Position numbers and translations under genes: made by a program. This document shows, in pieces, positions 16,581-24,748 of a stretch of DNA of 27,383 nucleotides. Every line of letters begins with the position of its first letter. Position 1 is the first letter of the stretch. This DNA comes from a virus. Its lineage: Duplodnaviria; Caudoviricetes. Below the pieces are notes generated by a model. It saw only the letters and a list, made by a program, of their open reading frames with translations, was not told the origin of the DNA and did not search any database. Location of the stretch: the IMG/VR virus record IMGVR_UViG_3300021066_000027, positions 1 to 27,383 of that record, one strand, 5' to 3'.

Positions 16581-18584
16581 ATGCCGAGCTACGAAAGCAT
16601 TCAGCTGGATGGCCTGGAACTCAACGACGGCGCCACCTACGTTCTCGAGGAACTGAACCTCGACCCGCCGAGGAAGCGGGTGGAGTGGGCGACGGGCGCG
16701 GACGCCGACGGTGCCGGCCTGGTTCGCGACCCGCTGCTTGAGAACCGGACGATCACCATGCGTGTCAGGGTGCTGACGGCCGCGACGATGGACGCGGCGT
16801 TGTCGGCGGTCGGGACGGTCGTCGACCGGTTGGAGGAGATGGAGCGCCGAGAGGGTGGCGCCCCGATCACGTACACGCCGGCGGACTCCACCAAGACGAT
16901 CACGTTCTACGGGCTGACCGGTTCGGTGATCGGAGTTCCGCGCTCGTGGAGCGGGGACGAGGCCGGCTGGTTTGTCAAGCGGCCCGTGTTTACGGTGGAG
17001 ATCACCGCCCGACCGTTCGGGTACGGGACGGAGGTTGTGGGGACCGCGGTCACCGCGTCGCTTCCCGCGATGACGCTGACCGTGGGCAGCGTGCCCGGTG
17101 ATGTGCCCGCGGAGGGCCGGTTGATCGTGACCGCGGGTAGTTCGCAGCACCGGCGTCACCTCGAGTGGGGGCTAGAGCAGCGGTACTACGACGCGGCCAC
17201 GTCGTTGCTGATCGACTCAGCGTCCTTGGTGGTCACGGGAACGGGCGGCACGGCCGGGGCGACCGCGGTCGCCGGGTACGGCAGCAACACGATCAGCATG
17301 ACGGCCCGGTCGTCGGCGCAGACAATCGCGAAGACCGGGACGCTCGCGCACGTCGGCACCTTCCGCGTGAAAGCCCAGGTCCACGGCGGCGGCACGGACG
17401 ATGCAGCGAACGCCCGGTGGCGGCTAGCGTGGCGCGATGGCGACGGGCCGTACAGGTCGAACCCGTGGGTCGCCCCGACCGGCAGCGGCTGGAGCGAAGT
17501 CGATCTCGGCACCGTCACCGTCAATCAGGCAATAACCGGGGCGCAGCGATGGGAGGGGCGCATCGAGGTGTACAGCACCTCCGGAACGCCCACCGTGTAT
17601 CTCGACTTCCTCGTTCTCGTGCCGGTCGCAGAGGGGTACGGCAAGGCAATGGCGGGGGTCGCCCAGCCTGTCGGGTTTCTGTCGGCACTCGATCAGTTCA
17701 CTGGCACCACGGCCGGCGGCACTCTCAGTGCGCGCACGCCGGTTGTCGGCGCGGCGTGGACCACAGAAGGCACGACTGCCACCGACTTCACCTTCGCGGA
17801 CGCGGCGGGCGGCGAGGTCGTGACGCTCGGCGGCACGTCCCATACGCGCAGGGGGGCGCTTGGCTCGTCCATCACCGATCAGGAAGTCTCGGCGCGCATC
17901 CAGACGCAGGTCGTAAGCGCGGTGAACCGCAACGATGTCGGCGTTGTCGCGCGGTACGTCGACGCGAGCAACCACGTGCTCGGGCATCTTCGCTTTGAGA
18001 GCAGCCAGGTGTGGCTGCGCCTGGGCATCGTGGTGGCGGGCGCCGCCAGCGGCGTCAGTAAGGACGTCACGAGCTTGGTGTCCGCGCAGACTTGGTTCCG
18101 CCTACGGGTCGTGGTGTGGGCCACTGGCGCGTATAACGTGTCGTTGCTGTCAGACGGCGGCGCTGTCCTCGCGACGGTGAGTAATACGCGAACCGACCTC
18201 GCGACGGCGGGGGCGTTGGCGAGCGGGCGCGGCGGCCTTTATGGGCAGAACGCGTCGATCAACATCACCCCGTACTGGGATGAGATCACGGTCAACTCGA
18301 TCGACCCCGAGCCCGTAGTGATCTACAGCGCCCGAACCGCCGAAGTCCGGTCCGACCGCACGATCCGCCAGAACTCTGACGGGACCGCCGTGGGGGACGT
18401 GCCTGCCTACCGTGGCTCGAGGTTCTACGTTCCGCCGGCCGGCCAGGCGAACCGCACGTCCCGAGTGCTCGTGAAGGCCAGTCGAACCGACGTGGAGTCC
18501 GGGGCCAGCGTCGCGCAGACCACCCCGGACAGCCTGACCGCCCAAGTGGCGTACACGCCCCGGTATGCGGTGATCCCGAGGTGA
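16581..18584 (+). CDS. Distal tail protein (Dit) with inserted carbohydrate-binding-like domains
   Basis: Follows the tape measure; N-terminal 'ENRTITMRV', 'ARPFGYG', 'GDVPA' and C-terminal 'YTPRY' are Dit-like; large beta-rich insert. Confidence 0.7.
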   Translation: MPSYESIQLDGLELNDGATYVLEELNLDPPRKRVEWATGADADGAGLVRDPLLENRTITMRVRVLTAATMDAALSAVGTVVDRLEEMERREGGAPITYTPADSTKTITFYGLTGSVIGVPRSWSGDEAGWFVKRPVFTVEITARPFGYGTEVVGTAVTASLPAMTLTVGSVPGDVPAEGRLIVTAGSSQHRRHLEWGLEQRYYDAATSLLIDSASLVVTGTGGTAGATAVAGYGSNTISMTARSSAQTIAKTGTLAHVGTFRVKAQVHGGGTDDAANARWRLAWRDGDGPYRSNPWVAPTGSGWSEVDLGTVTVNQAITGAQRWEGRIEVYSTSGTPTVYLDFLVLVPVAEGYGKAMAGVAQPVGFLSALDQFTGTTAGGTLSARTPVVGAAWTTEGTTATDFTFADAAGGEVVTLGGTSHTRRGALGSSITDQEVSARIQTQVVSAVNRNDVGVVARYVDASNHVLGHLRFESSQVWLRLGIVVAGAASGVSKDVTSLVSAQTWFRLRVVVWATGAYNVSLLSDGGAVLATVSNTRTDLATAGALASGRGGLYGQNASINITPYWDEITVNSIDPEPVVIYSARTAEVRSDRTIRQNSDGTAVGDVPAYRGSRFYVPPAGQANRTSRVLVKASRTDVESGASVAQTTPDSLTAQVAYTPRYAVIPR

Positions 18585-18588
18585 CCGG

Positions 18589-20217
18589 GTGAGCTCGCGG
18601 CCGCCGCTCGGCCTGCACGTCGAGATCACCGACGCAGACGGCGTCCGCACCCGGTGGGACGCCAACGCCCCCCAGGCACAGAACATCCCGACCGGCCTGT
18701 CGTTTCGCACCCAGCGCATGACCGGGTTCGCAGACGGGCAAGTCACCCTGTCGCGTCGCATCGACCGCGACTATGTCGACCTCAACGTGCTCGACGACGT
18801 GGCGTTCATCGGGCATGACGGCACCGTCGCGTATGAGGGCCGGGTGGCCGGCCAGCCGCGGTCGATGCGCGACACGCACTCCGTGACGGTGCAGTCGGTC
18901 GGGTGGATGGCCCACGCGGCGGACCGCCGGTTCACCGAGATCTACGTGGACCGGGACCTGTCGACGTGGCGGGGACCATCGCGAGCGCGCCGCCTCTCGT
19001 TTACCGATCTCGCGTTCTCGCTCTTTGAGCATCAGGTGTCACCCGATCAGACCAACGGGTTCCCGGCGCTCACCACGACTGTCGTCGGCCCGTGGGCCAC
19101 TAGGGCGTTCTGCGAGCCGGTGTACGACGCGGGACCAGATGGGTTGGTCGGCGCGGTCTATTACGACTTCACGATCAACGGGCAGATCAGCACGGCCAAC
19201 ACGTCGTGGGAGTGGTACGTCGGCGTAGTCAGCAACGACGACATGTCGACCGGCGGCGCCCAGTACACCGCGAACCTGCGTGCCAGTACGGGCAGCGGGT
19301 ACTTCACTGCTACTACGGCGCGCCGGTACGCCACTATCCAGCAGGGGTTCACTGCCGCGGGCGGCTCAAACGGGGTAGCGCACGACATCTACTGGCGCAA
19401 GCTCGCGGTGTATGGCGCGCACGGGCTGACACGGCGCGGCACTGACCCCGGAGGTGTGTACGCCTCCGACGTCATCAAGGACGTCGCCACCAGCTACTGC
19501 CCCCGGCTGCACACAGGCGGGGTCGCCGACACCACCACCGTCATCCCACACCTGGTGTTCAAGGAACGCACAACCCCCTACGACGCGATGCTTCGCGTCA
19601 ACGCGTTTCACTTGTGGGAGCTGGCGGTGTGGGAGAACAAGACGCTGCACTACCAGCCCGTCGACATGGCCGACCACACGTGGCAGGTCCGGCTCTCCGA
19701 CCCCGGCGTGACCGTCGACTTGCAGGGCGACAGTGCCGACGATCTGGTCAACGGGATCGTCGTGGAGTACGACGACGTCAACAAGGGCGCCCGGCACACG
19801 CTGACCCCGGACACCACGCCGGCGCTCAAGGACACCAACCCGGACAACCCCGTCACCCGTCACGGCCTGACGAAGTGGACGGAGATCCAGTTGTCGTCAC
19901 CGACGACCGAGACGGCAGCCACCGAGCTCGGGCGGATCGCGCTCACGGAGCACAACCAGTCCAAGGCCCCGGGGACGATCACCGTCAGGGGACACATCCG
20001 TGACCGTGGGGGCGCGTGGCAGCAGGGCTGGAAGGTCCGTGCCGGCGACACGGTCGCGATCATGGACCACCCCAACGACCGGCCCAGGCTGGTCACCGAA
20101 ACCAGTTGGGATCACGACAGCCTGACGTTGAGCATCAGCGTGGAGGGCGCCCCGAAGCGCCTGGACGCGGTGCTTGACCGTTTGTCGACTGCTCTCGCGG
20201 CAGCCAACCTCTCCTAG
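18589..20217 (+). CDS. Tail hub/Tal-like minor tail protein
   Basis: Follows Dit; 'GLSF...GF', 'AYEGRV', 'VRAGDTV', 'VTETSWDHDSLTLSIS' hub-like pattern. Confidence 0.7.
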   Translation: MSSRPPLGLHVEITDADGVRTRWDANAPQAQNIPTGLSFRTQRMTGFADGQVTLSRRIDRDYVDLNVLDDVAFIGHDGTVAYEGRVAGQPRSMRDTHSVTVQSVGWMAHAADRRFTEIYVDRDLSTWRGPSRARRLSFTDLAFSLFEHQVSPDQTNGFPALTTTVVGPWATRAFCEPVYDAGPDGLVGAVYYDFTINGQISTANTSWEWYVGVVSNDDMSTGGAQYTANLRASTGSGYFTATTARRYATIQQGFTAAGGSNGVAHDIYWRKLAVYGAHGLTRRGTDPGGVYASDVIKDVATSYCPRLHTGGVADTTTVIPHLVFKERTTPYDAMLRVNAFHLWELAVWENKTLHYQPVDMADHTWQVRLSDPGVTVDLQGDSADDLVNGIVVEYDDVNKGARHTLTPDTTPALKDTNPDNPVTRHGLTKWTEIQLSSPTTETAATELGRIALTEHNQSKAPGTITVRGHIRDRGGAWQQGWKVRAGDTVAIMDHPNDRPRLVTETSWDHDSLTLSISVEGAPKRLDAVLDRLSTALAAANLS

Positions 20218-20246
20218 CCCCCCCCGCCCGATTGGAGGTGTCGCCT

Positions 20247-20774
20247 GTGCGCGTCACCGCCGTCACCCTCGCCGCGTTACTGCTCGTCGCCGGGAACGCT
20301 GCTGCCCGCGACTACGTGGCAAACCCAGCACACGTCACGCACGCGCTGAACATCGCCCAATACGTGTTCGAGGAACACGCCTGCCCGACAGACCCCCAAC
20401 ATCCCCCGGTGCGTTACGGGACCCGCGACCCGCACGGCGTCGACCTCGTCGAAACATGGACCGTCGCCCGCGCCACCTGGCGCATCCCCCCAGGGTCGGG
20501 CAACGCCCGCGACTGGTTTGACTGCGCGATCACGTTCAACCCGCAATTCCGTCACCACTACAACACCTGGCCGGAGTTTTGCAGCGTGATGCTGCACGAG
20601 TACGGCCACCTCGTCGGCCGGGAGCACTCCAGTAATCCGCGGAGCGTCATGTACCCCCGCCCCGGGGTGATCCACCGGGCCTGCCGCCCCCCTCGAAAGG
20701 ACCGCCGTGGTCAGCATGGACCCCACCCGCCCGGCCAGCCGCAACGAAAGCGAATGGCCGGCCCGCAACCATGA
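20247..20774 (+). CDS. Secreted matrixin-like zinc metalloprotease (metzincin)
   Basis: GGAGGT RBS before GTG 20247; signal peptide MRVTAVTLAALLLVAGNAAA; HEYGHLVGREH (20595-20627) plus Met-turn SVMYP. Confidence 0.85.
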   Translation: MRVTAVTLAALLLVAGNAAARDYVANPAHVTHALNIAQYVFEEHACPTDPQHPPVRYGTRDPHGVDLVETWTVARATWRIPPGSGNARDWFDCAITFNPQFRHHYNTWPEFCSVMLHEYGHLVGREHSSNPRSVMYPRPGVIHRACRPPRKDRRGQHGPHPPGQPQRKRMAGPQP

Positions 20775-21027
20775 CCCCGTCGTCCACCGGCTGCCGTTCG
20801 GGATCACCGTCACCCGCGACCCCGTCGTGAGCCGACCGTCCCGCCTCCCCGTCCTGCTCGCCCTCATCGGCCTGGCACTCGTCGCGGTACATGACGTCGC
20901 CTACCGGCAGACCGGCGGCACCGACTTCGAGCTCGGACTCATCAGTCACGCCGGCGTAGACATGCTCGCCGTCGTCCTAGCCCTGTCGGTCGCAGCGTTC
21001 CTGCACGACGCCTGGAACAACCGATGA
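20707..21027 (+). CDS. Two-TM membrane protein (lysis region)
   Basis: Hydrophobic segments VLLALIGLALVAV and MLAVVLALSVAAFL; ATGA coupling to the next gene; start uncertain (20707 or 20716). Confidence 0.6.
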   Translation: MVSMDPTRPASRNESEWPARNHDPVVHRLPFGITVTRDPVVSRPSRLPVLLALIGLALVAVHDVAYRQTGGTDFELGLISHAGVDMLAVVLALSVAAFLHDAWNNR

Positions 21028-21473
21028 GACCCGTCCGGCACGTGATGCTGCTGTACCCCTTTCAGTTGCCGTTGTCGCTGGCGCTGCTGTCGGTCGCCGT
21101 GGTCTTCACCGTCTTTCCTGAGATGCTGGAGCACTCCCCGGTCAGTTTCGAGACGCGGGGGATCATCCATCACCTCTTTCACTATGCGCTGCTGGTCGGC
21201 TCGGCCCTGATGCTCGCGGGCCTGTTCGCGACGCACCGCTGGCACATCAAGGCCGAACTCATCGGCCTGGTGCTGGTGTTCAGCGCCATCGCGCTGAACC
21301 TAGTGGCGATCCTTTCCGATGAGTTCAGCACCGGTGACGGCGACCCGCTGTCCGGGATGACGGTCGCGATCCGTTCGGCGATTCTCGGCGGCTTGGTGGT
21401 CCGCATGTGGATCGTCACCGTGCAGCCCGAGATCTCATTGCCGGCCAACGACCGACGAAACGGTACCCGGTGA
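21024..21473 (+). CDS. Four-TM membrane protein (lysis region, holin-like)
   Basis: Four hydrophobic segments in 149 aa; coupled on both sides. Confidence 0.7.
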   Translation: MRPVRHVMLLYPFQLPLSLALLSVAVVFTVFPEMLEHSPVSFETRGIIHHLFHYALLVGSALMLAGLFATHRWHIKAELIGLVLVFSAIALNLVAILSDEFSTGDGDPLSGMTVAIRSAILGGLVVRMWIVTVQPEISLPANDRRNGTR

Positions 21474-21886
21474 CCGCCGCGCAGCTGTTGTCGATCTTCG
21501 TGCCGCTGGCCACGGCGCTCGGCGGGCTGATGGCGTACTTCAAGTACAAGCCCGGTGAGCGCGAGAAGGTCGAGATCGGGGTCGCCGAAGCGACGCTGAA
21601 CATCGCTGAGGGCACCGTCAATATGCAGGTCGGCCTCAACGAGCGTCTGCTGGCCCACATCGCCGCGATGGATCGCGACCTCGACGAACTCCGCGAAGAA
21701 CTCCGGGTGCAACGCGAGGAAGCCCGGCGACTGGCCGCCGACCTCCAAACGGTCAAGAACCGGCTGTTGACCGCGACGCACCGCCTCGACGACGTCACCA
21801 AGGAACGCAACAGGCTACGAGCCGAGAACGACGAGCTCAAGGCCCGCGTCCGCGAGCTCGAGCGTCGCCTCGACGGCCTCGCCTAA
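21470..21886 (+). CDS. N-terminal TM plus coiled-coil protein (lysis accessory)
   Basis: GTG overlaps the previous stop; LLSIFVPLATALGGLMAYF followed by a long heptad region ending ...LRAENDELKARVRELERRL. Confidence 0.75.
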   Translation: MTAAQLLSIFVPLATALGGLMAYFKYKPGEREKVEIGVAEATLNIAEGTVNMQVGLNERLLAHIAAMDRDLDELREELRVQREEARRLAADLQTVKNRLLTATHRLDDVTKERNRLRAENDELKARVRELERRLDGLA

Positions 21887-21889
21887 CCC

Positions 21890-22540
21890 ATGGACACTGA
21901 CGCCTACCGGTCGCGTCTGCGGAAGCGCGCTAGCGACCTCTCCGACTCCATGACCGCGGACATCCTGGGTCGCGCCATCGCCGCCGCGTTCCAGCCCTCC
22001 ACGACCACCCGCCCCCGGAAGGCAACCATGTATCCACCGCGTTTGTACCGGCCGGACCTGCACTTCGCCAACGTGTTCGGTGCACTCGGCCCTGAGCGGT
22101 TCGTGACGGGCCACCATTCCGCAGGCCCGAAGGACACCAGCGACAAGCACGCCCTCGAGATGTGCCGTTCCTACCACCAGGCCCACAAAGCAAAAAACTG
22201 GGGTGGGTGCGGCTACCACTACTGCATCACCCGCAAGGGCAACGTGATCCTGCTGCGCCCCCTGTACCTCAAGGGCGCGCACGTCGGCGGCCACAACTCC
22301 AACAACGTCGGCGTCATGTTCTGCGGCACCACCGGCGACACGCCGACCGTCGCGCAACGCCGCGCGTTGAAGTGGCTGCTCACCTACGCGCACACCACCA
22401 AGATGCCGCGATCGCATCGCGCCGACCGGGACCTCCGACTGGCCAAGCGCTACGGCCACCGCGACTGGGCCGGCCACTCCACAAACTCGTGTCCCGGCAC
22501 CCATCACAAGCTCATCCTCAGCGGAGGGACCGCACGATGA
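21890..22540 (+). CDS. Endolysin, N-acetylmuramoyl-L-alanine amidase (Amidase_2/PGRP-like)
   Basis: 'GHHSAG', 'WGGCGYHYCI', 'GAHVGGHN', 'GHRDW', 'SCPG'; alternative start ATG 22028. Confidence 0.92.
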   Translation: MDTDAYRSRLRKRASDLSDSMTADILGRAIAAAFQPSTTTRPRKATMYPPRLYRPDLHFANVFGALGPERFVTGHHSAGPKDTSDKHALEMCRSYHQAHKAKNWGGCGYHYCITRKGNVILLRPLYLKGAHVGGHNSNNVGVMFCGTTGDTPTVAQRRALKWLLTYAHTTKMPRSHRADRDLRLAKRYGHRDWAGHSTNSCPGTHHKLILSGGTAR

Positions 22541-22821
22541 CCGACCCCGACATCGACATCACGCACGTCGCCCCCGAGGACCTGCGCCACCAGGACCCGC
22601 TCGCCTCCGAGCCAGTCACCGCCCCCGGCTGGCAGCCCACCCGCAAGTGGATCGCCGCCCTCGCCGGCTCGGCGGCGTCTGTTGTCGCGTCGTGGATCGT
22701 CACCGGCGCGTTTGACGACGTCGAGCGTGGCATGGCCGCGACCGCGCTGGTGTCGCTGACCGCCGCGTACTTCCAGGCCAACCAGCCCACCCCGGGCGGC
22801 GTGCCCGAGCGCGACCTGTGA
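22537..22821 (+). CDS. Putative holin (two TM)
   Basis: ATGA overlap with the endolysin, GGAGGG RBS; 'PTRKWIAAL...' and 'ALVSLTAAYF' helices. Confidence 0.65.
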   Translation: MTDPDIDITHVAPEDLRHQDPLASEPVTAPGWQPTRKWIAALAGSAASVVASWIVTGAFDDVERGMAATALVSLTAAYFQANQPTPGGVPERDL

Positions 22822-22922
22822 CCGCCGCCTGCGCCGGCCAGGTTCTCGGCGGGCTCATCACCGGCGTGATCCTGACCGCGATCGTCGCCACGTTCGCCGC
22901 TATCGCAAACCGCACCAAATAG
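22818..22922 (+). CDS. 34-aa single-TM peptide
   Basis: GTGA overlap; MTAACAGQVLGGLITGVILTAIVATFAAIANRTK; below the ORF-track cutoff. Confidence 0.55.
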   Translation: MTAACAGQVLGGLITGVILTAIVATFAAIANRTK

Positions 22923-22936
22923 AAGGGTCATCTGTC

Positions 22937-23008
22937 ATGGACGTCACGTCGCTGCTCATCGTCATCATCCTCGTGCTGCTGATCGTGTTCCTCGCCCAGA
23001 GGTCCTGA
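22937..23008 (+). CDS. 23-aa single-TM peptide
   Basis: GAAGGG RBS; MDVTSLLIVIILVLLIVFLAQRS; nearly all codons G/C-ending. Confidence 0.6.
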   Translation: MDVTSLLIVIILVLLIVFLAQRS

Positions 23009-23012
23009 GCCG

Positions 23013-23654
23013 GTGGCGTCGACGCGTCACCGCCGGGCATGGGACTTCACAGGGATCAGTGAACTTCAGTACCGCAAAGCCCTCCAAGTCGCGCTGACCG
23101 CGTGCGACTACCCGTTCATCCGCATCCGCCAGCGGACGGGGAGACGGGTGCCTGTCACGGTCAGCGACCTGAGCCGGTACAACGCCCGGCTGGGGGTCAA
23201 GAGTGCGCACGTCCACGTCCACGACGAATACGGTGAGGCGCACCTGCTCGGCCACCCGCAACGCCGCGCCGCGCTCGGCCTGTACTGGCTCCCCACCCCC
23301 GAGCATCCCGCCGGCCGCGTCGAAGTCGACCGTGGCGCGATGCGCGACGGCCCTCTCGCACGGGAAGTTTTCCTCGCAGAAGCAGCCCACGCCGTGGACT
23401 ACGGCGTCATGACCGACGAGGAACGCCGCCAGATCGGCGCGCTGTTCGAGCACGTCCACCAAGGCCACGACCACGCCGGCTGGTTCGAGGAGCAGGGCGA
23501 GAGTGACTACTGGTCGTGGCGCGGTGAAAGGTGGATGGGGTTGTTTATGGCGGCGTTCGCGCCGTCGCTTCCTCGGCCGCTCGAGGCGCGGCAACCGTGG
23601 CACTGGTCCTACGACGCCAGCGACATCGAGCAGGTTCGGCGCATCCTGCTGTGA
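23013..23654 (+). CDS. Zincin-like protein with degenerate HExxH (AEAAH)
   Basis: 'REVFLAEAAHAVDYG' (AEAAH at 23376-23390) and downstream 'GERWMGLFMAAF' helix; His-rich loops. Confidence 0.55.
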   Translation: MASTRHRRAWDFTGISELQYRKALQVALTACDYPFIRIRQRTGRRVPVTVSDLSRYNARLGVKSAHVHVHDEYGEAHLLGHPQRRAALGLYWLPTPEHPAGRVEVDRGAMRDGPLAREVFLAEAAHAVDYGVMTDEERRQIGALFEHVHQGHDHAGWFEEQGESDYWSWRGERWMGLFMAAFAPSLPRPLEARQPWHWSYDASDIEQVRRILL

Positions 23655-23722
23655 GCCCCCGCCGGGCACCAATCGAATAACCCGTCGGCCCCCTTTTCCC
23701 TCTGTCGGGGGGCTTGCGCGCG

Positions 23723-23787
23723 ACGCCCCGCTTGTCACCTTCCCCCAGTGTGGTCCTGGGCGGGTGCGGCGGGGCGTTCGTCGTTCT
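23723..23787. terminator. Probable terminator between convergent transcription units
   Basis: ACGCCCCGC (23723-31)/GCGGGGCGT (23769-77) stem with inner CACC/GGTG and CCCAG/CTGGG pairs, followed by TCGTCGTTCT. Confidence 0.6.
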
Positions 23788-23881
23788 AGGCGATGACGCC
23801 AGACAGCCGCAGCGTCATCACCACGACGATGAAGACGAACACGTAGAACCACGGGTCACGATGCGGAACGGGCCTCGGCAT
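23786..23881 (-). CDS. 31-aa single-TM peptide
   Basis: MPRPVPHRDPWFYVFVFIVVVMTLRLSGVIA; GAGAAG upstream; starts 10 nt after the stop of the secreted-protein gene. Confidence 0.55.
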   Translation of the reverse strand: MPRPVPHRDPWFYVFVFIVVVMTLRLSGVIA

Positions 23882-23891
23882 GGCGTGCTTC

Positions 23892-24302
23892 TCAGACGTC
23901 GTTCTCGACAAAGACGCTGAACGTCACCACGCCGGGAGCGCCGGACACCCGGGCGCAGCGGACACGAACGCGCAGCGCGGACATGCGGCCAGTCTGCCAG
24001 CACCCCCAGCGACGGCCGCTTGCCGTGAGCTTGCACGCCACCACGAAGATCCGGGCAGAGTCCTCGTCGATGCATCCGTCGTCGATGCCCCAGTAGCCGG
24101 CGGTGCGGAAGCCGAGGTGCCGCGCTGTGGCGCAAGATACCCGCGTTGCCCGTGCGGCGGACCAGTGGAGGCCGCCGCTGCCGGTGAAGGGGTCGTTGCC
24201 GCAGTTGCGTGTGGTGCCAGACGCCAGCGCCGACGTAGGCGCAAGGGCGCCGATCCCTCCGGCGGCGAGTACGGCGATGATGGTGATGCGGTGGCGGACC
24301 AT
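23892..24302 (-). CDS. Secreted six-cysteine protein (moron-like)
   Basis: AAGGGGGA RBS; signal peptide ending ...APTSALA; 6 Cys (RNCG, VSCATAR, DGC, VAC, WGC, VRC). Confidence 0.8.
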   Translation of the reverse strand: MVRHRITIIAVLAAGGIGALAPTSALASGTTRNCGNDPFTGSGGLHWSAARATRVSCATARHLGFRTAGYWGIDDGCIDEDSARIFVVACKLTASGRRWGCWQTGRMSALRVRVRCARVSGAPGVVTFSVFVENDV

Positions 24303-24532
24303 CCCGCTTCCCCCCTTGGTGTGTTCGGTGTGCCGCCCCCCGGCTCGACGTTGGTGCAGGGTGGCATGGCTGGCGTTAGGTGTTCATTGACCGCGTCAGA
24401 GTTGCGACTTGCCGCAGCGTACTGGTGTCCGTTCGGGCGGGTACGTTGCCCGCCTCGCCGCCGACGACCGCCGGGGACGCGAGGTCTGGTTGCCGCCAGG
24501 GAATGGCCGCGGTTCAAGGGGAGGTAGACCCC

Positions 24533-24748
24533 ATGCGACACCCCATCCTCACCGGCCACGACGGCGGCCGTGACGGGTACGACGGCGAGACACTGGCGGG
24601 CGAGGTGTACGACCTCATCAGGAGGCGTCTGCCCTTGCTGCCGATCGAGGATTCCCTTCGTCCCCTTCTGGCGGAACTTCTGCCAGCCCTGGGCGACGCG
24701 CTCGGACGTCCTCGCCTACTGCCTGTAGCAAGCGACCGAGCGAGCTAG
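24533..24748 (+). CDS. 71-aa hypothetical protein overlapping the repressor 3' end in antisense
   Basis: Very strong RBS AAGGGGAGGT upstream of ATG 24533; amphipathic Leu-rich C-terminal half. Confidence 0.5.
   Translation: MRHPILTGHDGGRDGYDGETLAGEVYDLIRRRLPLLPIEDSLRPLLAELLPALGDALGRPRLLPVASDRAS

Noticed and set aside
24380-24450. Sigma-70-type promoter for the 24533 ORF (TTGACC at 24387, TACGTT near 24442)
   Set aside because: The two elements are not at a usable spacing; a promoter may exist but cannot be placed
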